64,000 bases of DNA, from assembly GCF_004010195.1 (NCBI RefSeq), contig NC_057717.1, forward strand, positions 105,917,804 through 105,981,803, read 5' to 3'. This document shows, in pieces, positions 1-12,979 of the stretch; position 1 is the first letter of the stretch; the number at the start of each line of letters is the position of its first letter. Under the pieces are notes generated by a model. The model searched no databases. It was not told the origin of the DNA and saw only the letters and a program-made list of their open reading frames with translations. Both the position numbers and the translations under genes were made by a program. Source of the DNA: Chiloscyllium plagiosum. Lineage: Eukaryota.

Positions 1-469
1 TCTCCTTCACTCCCCCGCCCCCCTTCTCCTGACAGACACAGACTGTTGGGGGATGGACAGACAGACAGAGAGGGACAGGGCTGACCCCCAGGAGGGTGAG
101 ACAAAGCATGTCCTTGTATACACTGGGGGTTCCTTACAACCTCTGGGAGTTGTGTCCGTAGCTCTGAGGAGTCTGTCCTGGAGACAAAGGGGCACTGGAC
201 AGGATTCCAGCTTCTACCTCCACTCTCCTGCCCTGTCTCCCACCTCAGCCAAACAAAACATCACTGGATCGTTTCCTAATTAGGACTTTGTCCACAACAG
301 TTCTGAGATCTTTGCAAAGCCCAGTAAGCGTTATGTTGTTAGATGTAGCTGTTTGTCCACAGTCTGTGGTGTCAGCTGATGGTGGAACGTTGTCAAAGAG
401 ACTCTTCAGACCATCGATATTATATTGCCAAACATATGTGATGGCCTACACAAGTCCCACTTTCTGATT

Positions 470-3310
470 TTTATTCAATCATAGGATGTTGGTGGCACTG
501 GCTGGGCCCAGCATTTATTGCCTGTCCCTAGTTGCCCCTTGAGAAGGTGGGGGTGAGCTGCCTTCTTGAACCGCTGCAGTCCACCTGCTGTGGGTTCACC
601 CACAATGTCCTTACGGAAAGAATTCAGGATTTTGACCCAGCAACACTGAAGGAGCGGCGTTATATTTCCGAGTCAGGATGGTGAGTAGCTTGGAGAGGAA
701 CTTGCAGGGGGTGGTGTTACCATGTATCTGCTGCCCCTGTCCTTCCAGATGGAAATGGTCATGGGTTTGGAAGGTGCTGTCTGAGGATCTTTGGTGAATT
801 TCTGCAGTACATCTTATAGATGGTACACACTGCTGTTACTGAGCATCGGTGGTGGAGGGAGTGAATGTTTGAGGATGTGGTGCCAATCAAGTGGCTGCTT
901 TGTCCTGGATGGTGTCAAGCCTCTGGAATGTTGTTGGGGCTGGCCCCATCCAGGGCGAGTGGGGAATATTCCATCACACTTCTGACTTGTGCCTTGTAGA
1001 TGGTGGACAGGCTTTGGGGAGTCAGGAGGTGAGTTACTTGCCACAGTATTCCCAGCATCTGACCTGTTCTTGCAGCCATTGTGTCTATGTGGTGCGTACG
1101 GTTGAGTTTCTGATCAATGGTAACCCCCAGGATACTGATAATAAGGGATTCACTGATAGTAATACCATTGAATGTCAAGGGGTGTCTCTTATTGGTAATG
1201 TTCACAGCCTGACATTTGTGTGGCATGAATGTTACTTGCCAATCGCCAGCCCAAGCCTGGATATTGTCCACATCTTGTTGCATTTGAATGTGGTCTGGCT
1301 TTAGTAACTGAGGAGTGGTGAATGGTGCTGAAGACTGTGCAATCATTGCTGAACATCCCCCCTTCAGACCTTATGGCAGAGGGATGGTCATTGATGAAGC
1401 AGCTGAAGACAGTTGGGCCTCGGACACTGCCCTGAGGGACTCCTGCAGAGATGAACTTCAGCGACCACAACCACCTTCCAGAGCTCAGGGGGTTGGCTTA
1501 TGGGGGGGATTCTGAGTAGATTGACATGGTATTCATTGGAATTTGGAAGAATGAGAGGGGGAGCTTATAGAAACCTGAAATTATGAAGGGAATGGATAAG
1601 ATAGAAGTAGAGAGGATATTTCCACTGGCAGGTGTAACTAGGGCAAAACGGCATAACCTCAAAATTAGGAGGGAGCAAATCTAGGACTGAATTACGGAGG
1701 AACTTCTTCACCCGGAGGGTTGTGAAGCTGTGGAATTCCCTGCCCAGTGAAGTAGTTGAGGCTTCCTCAGTAAATGTTTTTAGAGCTAAGATAGATAACG
1801 TTTCAAACAATGAAGGAATGAAGGGTTATGGTGAGAGTAGGTGGAGCTGAGGCCATGAAAGGATCAGCTGTGATCGTATTGAATGGCAGAGCAGGCTGGG
1901 AGGGCCAGGCACTCCACTCCTGCTCTTCGTTCTGAGCTTCTTATGAATCAGAGATGAATCCAACCAGTGGAGAGTTTGCGCCCAAATACCTGCTGAGCAG
2001 CTGCTGCTTGATAGCACAGTTGATGACACCTTCCATCACTTTACTGATGATCAAGAGTAGACTGATGGGGCAGTAATTGGCCGGGTTGGATTTGTCCTGC
2101 TTTTTGTACACAGGACATACCTGGGCAATTCTTCACATTGTTGTAACAGGGCTGTAACTGTACTGAAACATCCAGGCTACGGGAGAGGCAGGTCCTGGAG
2201 CACAAATCTTCAGTAATATTGCTGGAATGTTGTCAGGGCCCATTGCCTTTGCAGTCTCCAGTGTCTCCAAGCATTTCTTGATATCACGTGGAGTGAATCA
2301 AGTTGGCTACAGACTGGTACCTGTAATGCTCGGGGCCACTGGAGGAGGCTGAGATTGATCATCCACGCAGCACTTCTGGCTGAAGATTGCTGGGAAAGCT
2401 TCAGCCTTATCTTCTGGACTGATGTGCTAGGCTCCTCCATCATTGAGGATGGGGGTATGTGTGGAGCCTCCTCCTCCTCCTGTGTCTGTTTAATTGTCCA
2501 CCACCATTCGTCAGTGGGTGTGGCAGGACTGCAGAGCTTAGACCTGATCTGTTGGTTGTGGGATCACGTAACACTGTCTATCACTTGCTGCTTACACTGA
2601 TTGGCATGCAAGTAGTTCTGTTTGACATCTCATCTTCAGGTATGCCTGGTACTGCTCCTGACATGTCCTCCTGCACTCTCCATTGAACCAGGGTTGATCC
2701 CCTGGCTTGACGGTAATGGTTGAGTGGGGAATATGCCGGGCCATGAGGTTACAGATTGTGCTGGAGTATAATTCTGACACTATTGATGGCCCACAGAGCC
2801 TCGTGGGTGCCCAGACATGAGTGACTAGATCTGATCGAAATCTGTCCCATTTAGCACGGTGATAGTGCCACACAACATGATGGAGATTATTCTCAATGTG
2901 AGGGTGGGACTTTGTCTCCACAAGGACAGTGCATCGGTCACTCTTACTGATACTGTCATGGAGAGATGCATCTGCAGCTGGCAGACTGATAAGGATGAAG
3001 TCATGTTGGTTCCCTCATGTTGGTTCCCTCAGCACCTGCCGCAGACCCAGTCGAGCAGCTATATCCTTTAGGACCCGACCAACTCGAACAATAGTACTGC
3101 TGCTGATCCACTCTTGGTGGTGAACATTGACATCCCCCACCCAGAGTACATTGTGTGCCCTTGCCATCCTAAGTGCTTCCTCTGAGTGTTATTCAACATG
3201 GAGGAATATTGATTCATCAGCTGAGGGAGGACAGTACGTGGTAATCAGTAGGAGGTTTCCTTGGCTGTGTTAAACCTGAAGCCATGAGACTTCATGGGAT
3301 CCACAGTCAA
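470..3310 (-). mobile_element. Degenerate CR1-clade LINE (endonuclease-RT fragments), interrupted by another CR1 at ~1483-1945
   Basis: Minus-strand ORF pieces SAGVPQGSV.GP..FSCFIND, MQQDVDNIQAWAGDWQVTF, IYKAQVRSVMEYS, GDQPWFNGECRR. Confidence 0.85.
1483..1945 (+). mobile_element. CR1 LINE 3' fragment nested in an older LINE
   Basis: CR1 3' motifs (aggaacttcttcacccggagggttgtg...tggaattccctgccc), similar to 47580-47895. Confidence 0.8.
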
Positions 3311-3317
3311 TGTTGAG

Positions 3318-3570
3318 GGTGGTACAGTGGCTCAGTGGTTAGCACTGCTGCCTCACAGCACCAGGGACCCAAGTTCAATTCCAGCCTCAGGTGACTATCT
3401 GTGTGGAGCTTATACATTCTCCCAGTATCTGTGTGGATTTTCTCCCACAGTCCTGGAATGTGCAGGCTCAGTGGTTAGCCATGGGAAATGCAGGATTATA
3501 GGGATACGACCGTAAGGTGGGTCAGTGTGGACTTGAAGGGCCAAACGGTTTGTTTCCACACTGAGGGATC
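3318..3570 (+). mobile_element. HE1-type tRNA-derived V-SINE, degenerate
   Basis: A-box tggctcagtgg and B-box agttcaattcc; similar to the 10741 copy. Confidence 0.8.
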
Positions 3571-3944
3571 GTATTCAATGCTTCTATAACTTATCGGCTT
3601 CCTCCTCATCGCTAACAACCCAGAAATGTACTTCTCATTTTGGTGAGGAATTTGAAATGTGAGAGCTGTGGATGCTGACAGTAAGTTGGAATGGTTCGGG
3701 TTAAGTGTTATCAGTGCACCTGGAACCCACATCATCTCTCACCTGACAGACGGGCCAAATGGACAGAGTGGAACCCGAGAGTGTTCCTGCTGAGTGTGTG
3801 GTCTCTCAGCTGGAGCTCTGCATGTTGGAGACTTCTCTCCTGGGGAGGTGCTATAGGTGCTAGGGCCTAGAGAGAAACAGAGTAAGGTGAGCAGTACGGA
3901 AATCCCTCCTTCAGCTAACACTTTCATCTTCTCTACTTCCACAG

Positions 3945-4017
3945 AGTCTGCAAAAGGTGGAGAAGATTAGCTTATGACAAAGGGCTCTGGAAGGATGTTA
4001 ATTTAACCCCATATAAG
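3945..4017 (+). CDS. FBXL12: F-box/LRR protein 12, internal coding exon (C-terminal half of F-box)
   Basis: Acceptor ctctacttccacag and donor gtaagg. Encodes (R)VCKRWRRLAYDKGLWKDVNLTPYK, resembling human FBXL12 RVCHRWKRLVDDRWLWRHVDLTLY (from memory). Splices in frame to 4447. Confidence 0.9.
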
Positions 4018-4446
4018 GTAAGGAGCAGTGAATATTTCTCTGAATGATTTCCAATGGTCAAATCCTTCCACCTCAAGAGACTAATGTTTGTAAAGACTCT
4101 GGTGCAAGCCACAGAGGGAATGTGAAAACTTCAGTCTGTGCGAACAGCATCGATATTAAAAATACAGCTTTTCTCCAACTGCCCATCCTGTGAGAATCTT
4201 CCTAGATCCATCTTGGGCAGATTGTAATGTTGTAACCCCATTGCTCGGGACTCTGTGGCTAGAGGAATAGCCTCTTTCCTCTCTCCCTGACTTACAGAAA
4301 AGGGTCATGGTCCCCACAATGTGCAAACTTTGGGAATGTGTTATTTGTGCCAGCTCGGAATTCTCACCCTGAAATCTTGGGAAGTGCCTAAGTTGTGGTT
4401 TATCCCGAATGTGTGAATCTCTAATGTTCCGATGCTGCTGTTTCAG

Positions 4447-5259
4447 GTGAACTCACGGATACTCTGGCACCTGGTCAGGCATTACCTCGGTGGCACCCTG
4501 AGGACGCTGAGGGTTAAAGGTGTCCTTCATTCAATTAAGAAGCACGAGTCCCTGACTGAAGCCTTACTGTTGGAGATTGGTAAACGGTGCCCTAACCTGA
4601 GTGAGCTCCGGCTGATTGAGATGAACCTGCGAGGTATCAGTTATGAGTGTCTTCCTCCATCGCTGCTGAGTCTGGAGCTGACCCATTGTGAGATTCCCTT
4701 GCATTGGTTCCGAGTGGCTGCAGTGTCTCACGGGAGTCGTGCTGCTCCGTGTATCAGGAACCTGGAGGTGGACAATGTGCCGAACTTCTCAGACCAACAC
4801 CTGCAGAACCTAGCGTCCCGCACAGCCCTGAAGGTGCTGATCCTGTCCGGCACGTACAGGGTGACCGACTCCGGCATCGAGAAAGCAGCTGAATCGCTCT
4901 CGGGGCTCGTCCACCTCAAGCTGCACGGATGCAACATCTCGGACACCTCACTGCGGCACATTGCCCAGCACCTGACCCAACTCCGCAGTTTGGACCTGAC
5001 CAACCTGTGCTCCATGACTGATGCTGGTCTGAGCTGCCTTGGGGGCCTGAGGTCGCTGCAGTCCCTGTGCTTTGAGTATTGTGACCAGATTACCGTGGAG
5101 AAGCTTCTGTCTGTCTGCACTGGCCTGCCGTCCCTCACCAAGCTCAACCTGAGCGGTAACCCGTACGCTGAGGGAGAGCTGCAGAGAATCCGTCAGAGTT
5201 TACCCAACTGCACCGTCACCAACCATTTCCCCGACAACGGTGCCGTGCCGAAATTTTAA
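4447..5259 (+). CDS. FBXL12: F-box/LRR protein 12, last coding exon (LRR domain)
   Basis: Acceptor ctgctgtttcag. ORF VNSRILWHLVRHYLG...KRCPNL...LELTHCEI...LILSGTYRVTDSG... has LRR periodicity and FBXL12-specific motifs. Stop TAA at 5257-5259. Confidence 0.92.
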   Translation: MNSRILWHLVRHYLGGTLRTLRVKGVLHSIKKHESLTEALLLEIGKRCPNLSELRLIEMNLRGISYECLPPSLLSLELTHCEIPLHWFRVAAVSHGSRAAPCIRNLEVDNVPNFSDQHLQNLASRTALKVLILSGTYRVTDSGIEKAAESLSGLVHLKLHGCNISDTSLRHIAQHLTQLRSLDLTNLCSMTDAGLSCLGGLRSLQSLCFEYCDQITVEKLLSVCTGLPSLTKLNLSGNPYAEGELQRIRQSLPNCTVTNHFPDNGAVPKF

Positions 5260-5264
5260 CGGGA

Positions 5265-5541
5265 CTGCTCGCACGTCTTCATGGTGGTACTGGTTAGTTA
5301 GGCTTTGTGGTGGGGGGGGTGAAGGGTGCTATCTGACGGTACAGATTGGCCCATTCTGTTTGTGCCCTCAGTCTGCACTGATTTCATGTGTATGTCTGGA
5401 CGCCTGCTCGCACGCCTCCATGGTGGTACTGGTTAGTTAGGCTTTGTGGTGGGGGGGGGTGAAGGGTGCTATCTGACGGTACAGATTGGCCCATTCTGTT
5501 TGTGCCCTCAGTCTGCACTGATTTCATGTGTATGTCTGGAC
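5265..5541. repeat. Tandem duplication, 2 x ~138 bp, just after the FBXL12 stop
   Basis: 5265-5401 and 5404-5541 are near-identical (ctgctcgcacg...tatgtctggac). Confidence 0.95.
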
Positions 5542-5645
5542 CACGGAGCCTTGTCACTCAATCAGCTGGAGGTTTCCTGCTGTCTGTGGGACCCATTCCC
5601 CCTCGCCCACCCCCCAACCTCACACCCCCTACCCCACACCCTCCT

Positions 5646-7135
5646 CACCCACCCCTCACTCCCTGTACCCACCCCTCACTCCCTGTACCCACCCCTCACT
5701 CCCTGTACCCACCCCTCACTCCCTGTACCCACCCCTCACTCCCTGTACCCACCCCTCACTCCCTGTACCCACCCCTCACTCCCTGTACCCACCCCTCACT
5801 CCCTGTACCCACCCCTCACTCCCTGTACCCACCCCTCACTCCCTGTACCCACCCCTCACTCCCTGTACCCACCCCTCACTCCCTGTACCCACCCCTCACT
5901 CCCTGTACCCACCCCTCACTCCCTGTACCCACCCCTCACTCCCTGTACCCACCCCTCACTCCCTGTACCCACCCCTCACTCCCTGTACCCACCCCTCACT
6001 CCCTGTACCCACCCCTCACTCCCTGTACCCACCCCTCACTCCCTGTACCCACCCCTCACTCCCTGTACCCACCCCTCACTCCCTGTACCCACCCCTCACT
6101 CCCTGTACCCACCCCTCACTCCCTGTACCCACCCCTCACTCCCTGTACCCACCCCTCACTCCCTGTACCCACCCCTCACTCCCTGTACCCACCCCTCACT
6201 CCCTGTACCCACCCCTCACTCCCTGTACCCACCCCTCACTCCCTGTACCCACCCCTCACTCCCTGTACCCACCCCTCACTCCCTGTACCCACCCCTCACT
6301 CCCTGTACCCACCCCTCACTCCCTGTACCCACCCCTCACTCCCTGTACCCACCCCTCACTCCCTGTACCCACCCCTCACTCCCTGTACCCACCCCTCACT
6401 CCCTGTACCCACCCCTCACTCCCTGTACCCACCCCTCACTCCCTGTACCCACCCCTCACTCCCTGTACCCACCCCTCACTCCCTGTACCCACCCCTCACT
6501 CCCTGTACCCACCCCTCACTCCCTGTACCCACCCCTCACTCCCTGTACCCACCCCTCACTCCCTGTACCCACCCCTCACTCCCTGTACCCACCCCTCACT
6601 CCCTGTACCCACCCCTCACTCCCTGTACCCACCCCTCACTCCCTGTACCCACCCCTCACTCCCTGTACCCACCCCTCACTCCCTGTACCCACCCCTCACT
6701 CCCTGTACCCACCCCTCACTCCCTGTACCCACCCCTCACTCCCTGTACCCACCCCTCACTCCCTGTACCCACCCCTCACTCCCTGTACCCACCCCTCACT
6801 CCCTGTACCCACCCCTCACTCCCTGTACCCACCCCTCACTCCCTGTACCCACCCCTCACTCCCTGTACCCACCCCTCACTCCCTGTACCCACCCCTCACT
6901 CCCTGTACCCACCCCTCACTCCCTGTACCCACCCCTCACTCCCTGTACCCACCCCTCACTCCCTGTACCCACCCCTCACTCCCTGTACCCACCCCTCACT
7001 CCCTGTACCCACCCCTCACTCCCTGTACCCACCCCTCACTCCCTGTACCCACCCCTCACTCCCTGTACCCACCCCTCACTCCCTGTACCCACCCCTCACT
7101 CCCTGTACCCACCCCTCACTCCCTGTACCCACCCC
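5646..7135. repeat. Minisatellite, 20-bp unit ccctgtacccacccctcact, 73 perfect copies plus partial flanks
   Basis: Directly visible: uninterrupted units from 5661 to 7120. Confidence 0.99.
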
Positions 7136-7648
7136 CACCTAGCGCCCCCCCCTTGCTCACCTCCACCCCACCACTGCCCCTCACCTGCTCGTCCCTCAAC
7201 CTCACCCACCCCCTTCCCCCCCCGCCGCTACCCCCTCCCCATTGGGAGGGCAGTGTGTCAGGGGCCGTACTGAGTTTCTGTCCTGGCCAATTGAGACTGG
7301 GTTTGGTCAGGGCTCAGTGTGCACACTGTCCAGTCAGAAAGGCTGGCTCCCAGATGGGCCATTCCTTGGTATTGTTGGTGGAGGGGCTCCCAGTTTCTTC
7401 TGGTCGGTGGAGCTGCAGTAATTCCTGAGTCTTTCTGATTGCAGTTTCCTGCACTTTGCCAAAGTGGGATCCAACGCGGCCCACTCAGTGTTTGTTTCCA
7501 CCACAGGGTCAGCTGCATTACCTGCAGCTTCATCAGTGGTTGACATGACCATGTCTTGGCAACCTTTGAACAATATTTAAACTGCTCAGTAATTGTTATA
7601 CCATTAAGCAAAGTTGTTTTATTTGGCAGCTGTTTCATTGTTATTCAA

Positions 7649-7701
7649 AATAAACTTTATCATTTGTAATAATTCATATCTCTTTCATGTATTTAAATAA
7701 A
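7649..7701 (+). terminator. Probable FBXL12 polyadenylation signals (AATAAA at 7649 and 7696)
   Basis: First AATAAA hexamers seen downstream of the FBXL12 stop, in AT-rich context. Confidence 0.55.
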
Positions 7702-9750
7702 TTGATGTCCCTTGTGATCAACTTCATTGGGCAATAATGATCATACAACTATTTAAACATTACTGCTTTGAACCAATCACATTGGTCAGCGTTGGTAATG
7801 TGACCATCCTGTGACACTGATCCACACCATGACTCCATCTTCCCAATAACTCTGTGGATATTGGCCATGGCTCAGTACTGTGTGATGTTTATATATCCAG
7901 TCAGAGCCTGGGGATCACCTGCGATGGCTTCTCTTCTGGCTAGCACACCGTTACATGTAATTCCTCTTTGAGGATCAGTCGTTGGCTCCTCCTGTTTCTC
8001 ACCCACAGGCTGCCCCCAGCACCAAACTTTCCTCTCATTTTCCTGTCGGGAAGATCAGTATGTGCTAGTGTCCTTCAGAGCCCCCCACTGACCCTCCCTG
8101 CAGCTCACAAAGGCACATTGGGTCTGAGCACCAGCTCTTTCTCAAGCTGTTTCCCGTCTTTGATACCTCAGGTACTTGTCTTGGCAGCAGTCACAGGCTG
8201 AGCCCGATCCTTCGCCATCTTTATCGCACCGTTTGATGCTGAGCTGTCAAACACATAGTGAGCGCAACACCGGCTCCCTCAGTTCACCCACCTCTGAACC
8301 CCCTCATTCACACCTCTGTTAGCTTTCAGTTTGATCACCCCAGTGTTCTCGGATTTACCTTTCACCCTCACCCTGAAATCAGCTGCCTGTGACTAAATCC
8401 ACACCAAAACCTTGCCAGCTCTCACTCCATTCGCTCTCCAAGCAAACACCCAACTGTAAACATTTTATCCTTGTTTCCCCTCCTAGTAACCTCCTGCAGC
8501 CCTTACAAACCTCCTCTGCCTTCCTCCAATCTTAGCTTCTCGCATACTCCAGTTTTAATGACTGGAGTCAATGGAGAGGCCCTGCTTTCCGCTGCCAAAT
8601 TCCTAAGCTCTGGAATTTAATTGTAAGCCTTGACATTTCCCACCCCTCCTCCCCCATTTAGGCACTCCATAAAACTCATCTGCATTGGGCTCTGCCGTGA
8701 CTGGGATAGGGCACTTGCTGCAGCTGGCGAGGGGGTTACTGAGACTTCACCTGGAATATTGTGTATGATGTTGAGGAGGGCCACACCTCACTGCAGGAAG
8801 TTCAGAGAAGCTTCACTTGGTTGATTCCTGGGACAAATGGTAAGGAGGAAAGGTAGGGCCTGTCCTCATTGGAGTTTAAAAGAATCAGATTTGAAACAAA
8901 GCGATTTTGAGAGGGCGTGCGAGCAGCCTGGATGCTGAGAGGCTGTTTCCCTTCGTGAGACAGTCTGGAACTAGGGGACACAGTTTTAAAAAGTAAGTAG
9001 CCCCTCATTTCAGATCAAGATGAGCTGGAATCACTTCTCTCCGAGGGTCCCAAAAAGCAGTGGAACAAATATAGGCAAGACTTCCTTGAGGGATGCAGGC
9101 AGGAAAGTGGGTTTAAAGCCACAATTCAATCAGTCACAATCTTAGTGAATGGCAGAACTAGCTTGATAGAGGTATTGGTGGGGGAAGGGGGTGAGTTTGT
9201 TTATAGAGTCATCCAGCACCGAAACAGAGCCTTCAGTCCCACCCAGTCCATGCTGACCCTAATCCCAAACTAAACTAGTCCCACCTGCCTGCTCCTGGCC
9301 CATATCCCTCCAAACTTTTCCTATTCATGTACTTATCCAACTGGCTTTATTTCTTATTGTATTTCCTTCATTTCTTATGATCACTTATTGAACCAAATGT
9401 TTGGTCGATTGTCAAATTGATTCAGACCAGGCAATGTTCCTGTGTGGTATATCAGCACATTGCACTGATGTGTAAACATCGTGTCAGGCATGTTGTTGGG
9501 ACTGCCCTGGTTTGTCACAATCCCAGCATGCTGCAGTTTCCTACTTTCTGCACTCTGACCTTCCCATTGTGTTTGATGTGGTGGGACACCATTTGCCCAC
9601 TCTCTGCCTGGAGAGGACTTGATTGCCTGGCTGAACTACACGCTGAACAGACTGAAGTTATGTGCTTTGATTCTCGCTCTGCATCTGCTCCTTGGATACT
9701 TGTTTCATGTCCTTCCCTCACCTCGCAATCAGACTACACACAATAGCAGT

Positions 9751-9830
9751 CAAGATTAGTGTGGTGCTGGAAAAGCACAGCAGGTCAGGCAGCATCTGAG
9801 GAGCAGGAAAATCGACGTTCATCAGGAAGG
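9751..9830 (-). mobile_element. Short Penelope pLTR-end insertion (family A), 14-bp TSD, stem II deleted
   Basis: TSD cacacaatagcagt at 9737-9750 and 9831-9844. Sequence matches the end of the 62738 element. Confidence 0.85.
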
Positions 9831-10740
9831 CACACAATAGCAGTGCCCTCAGTTCAAATAAATGAGAACAAAACGAAATGACCAAACAGACCACTTTGAA
9901 CGGAGCAATAAAGCCAAGAACAAATTAGAAACAAAAAGAAAACCAACAAAATATAAGTAAAATATAAATTAAACCTATTTAGGAGTATTTCCAGGGTGCA
10001 GTTGTCTCAATGTTATAATTTTAATTGATGTTTCTCTTTACAAACAGCCACGTTCTCAGTATTAGGAAGGTGCAGTTTCTCATCTCTGCCAATTGCCCTG
10101 TTTTGCTGCATTTCTGAGGCACTTGAATCTTGTGATGGTTGTTGCATAGTGCAATGTTTTACAGTTTTCCTGTTTGCTCTCGCCTTTAGCCAGTTAACTG
10201 GTTGCTGTCATTTTTGATTGGCTTATACAGTTGTATTCTGTTCGAGGAGAAATAAAAATCTGTTGATACCATCCCTTTGTTTAGATTTTATTTAATTGTT
10301 TTCATATAACCCACTGCCCTAACGACAGGGAATTACCAAATCCAATTTCTCCTGGCTTTACTGAGTTTGAGAATTATGTTCTGACATTCTGTCGATGTTT
10401 GAGTTAAGGCCAATGGTTTACTGTGACTGAATTCTGATTCCATTTTAATTGAGTCTCTGGGGGCTTTCCCTCTTGTTTCGGGATCAGATTTCATGTTTTT
10501 GTTTGTTTTTGAAAAGTCATAAAGGAGGCCACTCACTTTGCTCGAAACCACAGCAAGAACTTATTGTTCCATCCACATTTCCACGTGGTTAGGAAGGGTA
10601 GCCGCACATGGGTGGAAACCATTTGGTGTGCCCTTTCGTTTTGGACTTTATTCCTGAAAGTGTTGTTACTGTTACACCATCAGTGCTAATCCTCTGATAT
10701 CCCAGTGTTCTACAACTGCTCTCACCGCACCGCAACTGCT

Positions 10741-11053
10741 GGGTGGCACGGTGGCACAGTGGTTAGCACTGCTGCCTCGCAGCGCCAGAGACCCGGGTTC
10801 AATTCCCGACTCAGGCGACTGACTGTGTGGAGTTTGCACGTTCTCCCCGTGTCTGCGTGGGTTTCCTCCGGGTGCTCCGGTTTCCTCCCACAGTCCAAAG
10901 ATGTGCAGGTTAGGTGAATTGGCCAGACTAAATTGCCCGAAGTGTTAGGTAAGGGGTAAATGTAGGGGTATGGGTGGGTTTCGCTTCGGCGGGTCGGTGT
11001 GGACTTGTTGGGCCGAAGGGCCTGTTTCCACACTGTAATCTAATCTAAAAAAA
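10741..11053 (+). mobile_element. HE1-type tRNA-derived V-SINE, near full length
   Basis: A-box tggcacagtgg, B-box ggttcaattcc, V-domain gtgtggagtttgcacgttctccccgtgtctgcgtgggtttcc, LINE-like tail ending taatctaatct. Confidence 0.9.
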
Positions 11054-12254
11054 CTTCCTGAGTTTAGGAAGCAATGGATTGTCTTGGTTTGAGCACTGCA
11101 AGTTCCTGGAGACCATTTAGCTTTTTCATAGAGGTCAGATGCAGCTGTTCCGACACTGTTACACAGACAGGGTGGGTTAGCTCAGTTGGCTGGTGATGTG
11201 ATGCCAACTATGTGGGTTTAATTCCTAAGGTTACCATGTAGGACTCTCAACCTCTCCCTCGAGGTGTGGTGAAGCTCAGGGTAAATCAGCAGCAGTTATC
11301 TCACTCTCGCACTCACTCTCTGGATTATGTGGTAATGTGTCAGATCAGAAGGTAGCTGCTGCCGATTGAGAAGTGACACACAGCTGACAAGGTTCGGTGT
11401 TAGCCCACCTGCCAATGAACGTTTCCTACACAAGTAAATTGCCATTCATGTGGAAAGATGCGGGTGGTTTGAGTATGAGCAGCAGCTGCATGCCCAGTGA
11501 GCCAGAACCACAGCTGTACCTGTGGTCATTTCTGCCCAAGGTTTGCTTTCCTCATTGCACAGTTCAACATGCCCAACATTTCCAAACATTTTCTTTGGGA
11601 AGCAGCCTGTAAGAGCTCAACGCTTTGAGATCTGGGAAATTGCAGAATTAGGAGCTCCCACCTGCTCAGAGATTGCACGTGCTTTTTTTGCTTCAATTGA
11701 GCTGGAATTTCAGTGTCGAACTTCCTTTCTGAGTGACAGCCTTGTGGGTTTGAGATCGGTGTAGAGACTTGGACACACAATCCAGGCTGTCACTGTCACT
11801 GCAGTACTGGGCATAGTAATGTTCCTTTTAGGTTTGTACTTTTCCTGAGAAATACGGAAATATTTTAGGGCAAAAGAGAGACTGGAAAAAGCTGTTGTTG
11901 CACTGGAAAGGACCTGGTGTCAGTGAGCTGGATTAGTGGAGGGGAGGGCTGTGGGATACTCTATCTACTCCACTGCTGAAAACTACACAGCGACCGAAGG
12001 ATTTTAATTTGTGAATTCAGACTTGGTCCATCCTTAGTTCTGCAGCTGAGAGACTACAGTGAAATTACACATTCGACAATATCCATCGTAACATATGGCT
12101 ACAGGACAACGTCCCACTGCTCTTCCATGGTTTTAATCAATTGAACAGGCCAGACTGGTTATAAAACACTTATTTGGATATGTGTGTTGAGGTTAACTTT
12201 TACCATGCTTTGAAGCTGACCTTTGTTTGTGTTTCTATTGACAATAAAATCAAT

Positions 12255-12975
12255 GAAGGAAAGGACCGTACTGGACCTTGTATTGGGGAATGAGCCTGAC
12301 CAGGTGATCACAGTTTCACTGGGGGAGCATTTTGGGAAACCATTTGGGGATAATCAGGATTAGAGTTAGTTATGAGTTTCCATCAGGAAAAGGCTGGTCT
12401 TTGGACAAGAAGTGTTAAATTCAAGGATGGTTCATTCCAAAAGGATTGGGCAGGTAGATCATGGGTGACGATTTGAGAATATCGGACGTGTGAAAGTCCT
12501 TTAAAGGTCACTCGATCTGATTTCAGGCCCAGCATATTCCTGTGAGGATGAAAGCTAAGGATGGCACGATTGAGAAAGCCCAGGTGACAAGCGATATTGG
12601 AAGTGTTGTCAAAAACCAAAGGGAGCATTTGGAAGGATTAGCAAGCTGAAATCAGACAGGGCCCTCCAGCAATATAAAGGAAGCAGAAAAGAATTTAAAC
12701 GAGAGATTAAGATGGCTTTGGCAAGTAAGGTTAAGGAGAATCCCAAGCATTTTATATGTACATAAGGAACAAAAGGGTAGCTCGGGGAATGGTAGATCCA
12801 GTCAAGGACAAAGGAGAGAATTTATGCATGGAGTCAGAGAAAGTGAGTTAGATCCTTAATAAGTACTTCACATCAGTAAATGGAGGACCCTTTGGAGCAT
12901 TGATATACAGAGAAATCTGAGCTTGCAAGTCCATAGCTCCCTGAAAGTGGCAACACAAGTGGATAAGGTGATAAA
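12255..12975 (+). mobile_element. CR1 LINE ORF2 fragment
   Basis: Degenerate LDLVLGNEPDQV and VKENPKHF.YIRNKR-like CR1 sequence. Confidence 0.75.
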
Positions 12976-12979
12976 GGAT

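Noticed and set aside
1..3944. FBXL12 exon 1
   Set aside because: No LPDSVLLEIFSYL-like F-box start was found; it presumably lies upstream of the window.
5646..7135. CRISPR-like array
   Set aside because: Identical units with no spacers, in a vertebrate context.
5446..7428. Three long Pro/His/Thr-rich ORFs (558-660 aa)
   Set aside because: Artefact of the stop-free 20-bp minisatellite, which is open in all three frames and lies downstream of the FBXL12 stop.
10741..10810. tRNA gene
   Set aside because: The A/B boxes continue into a V-SINE body and tail, so this is a tRNA-derived SINE head.
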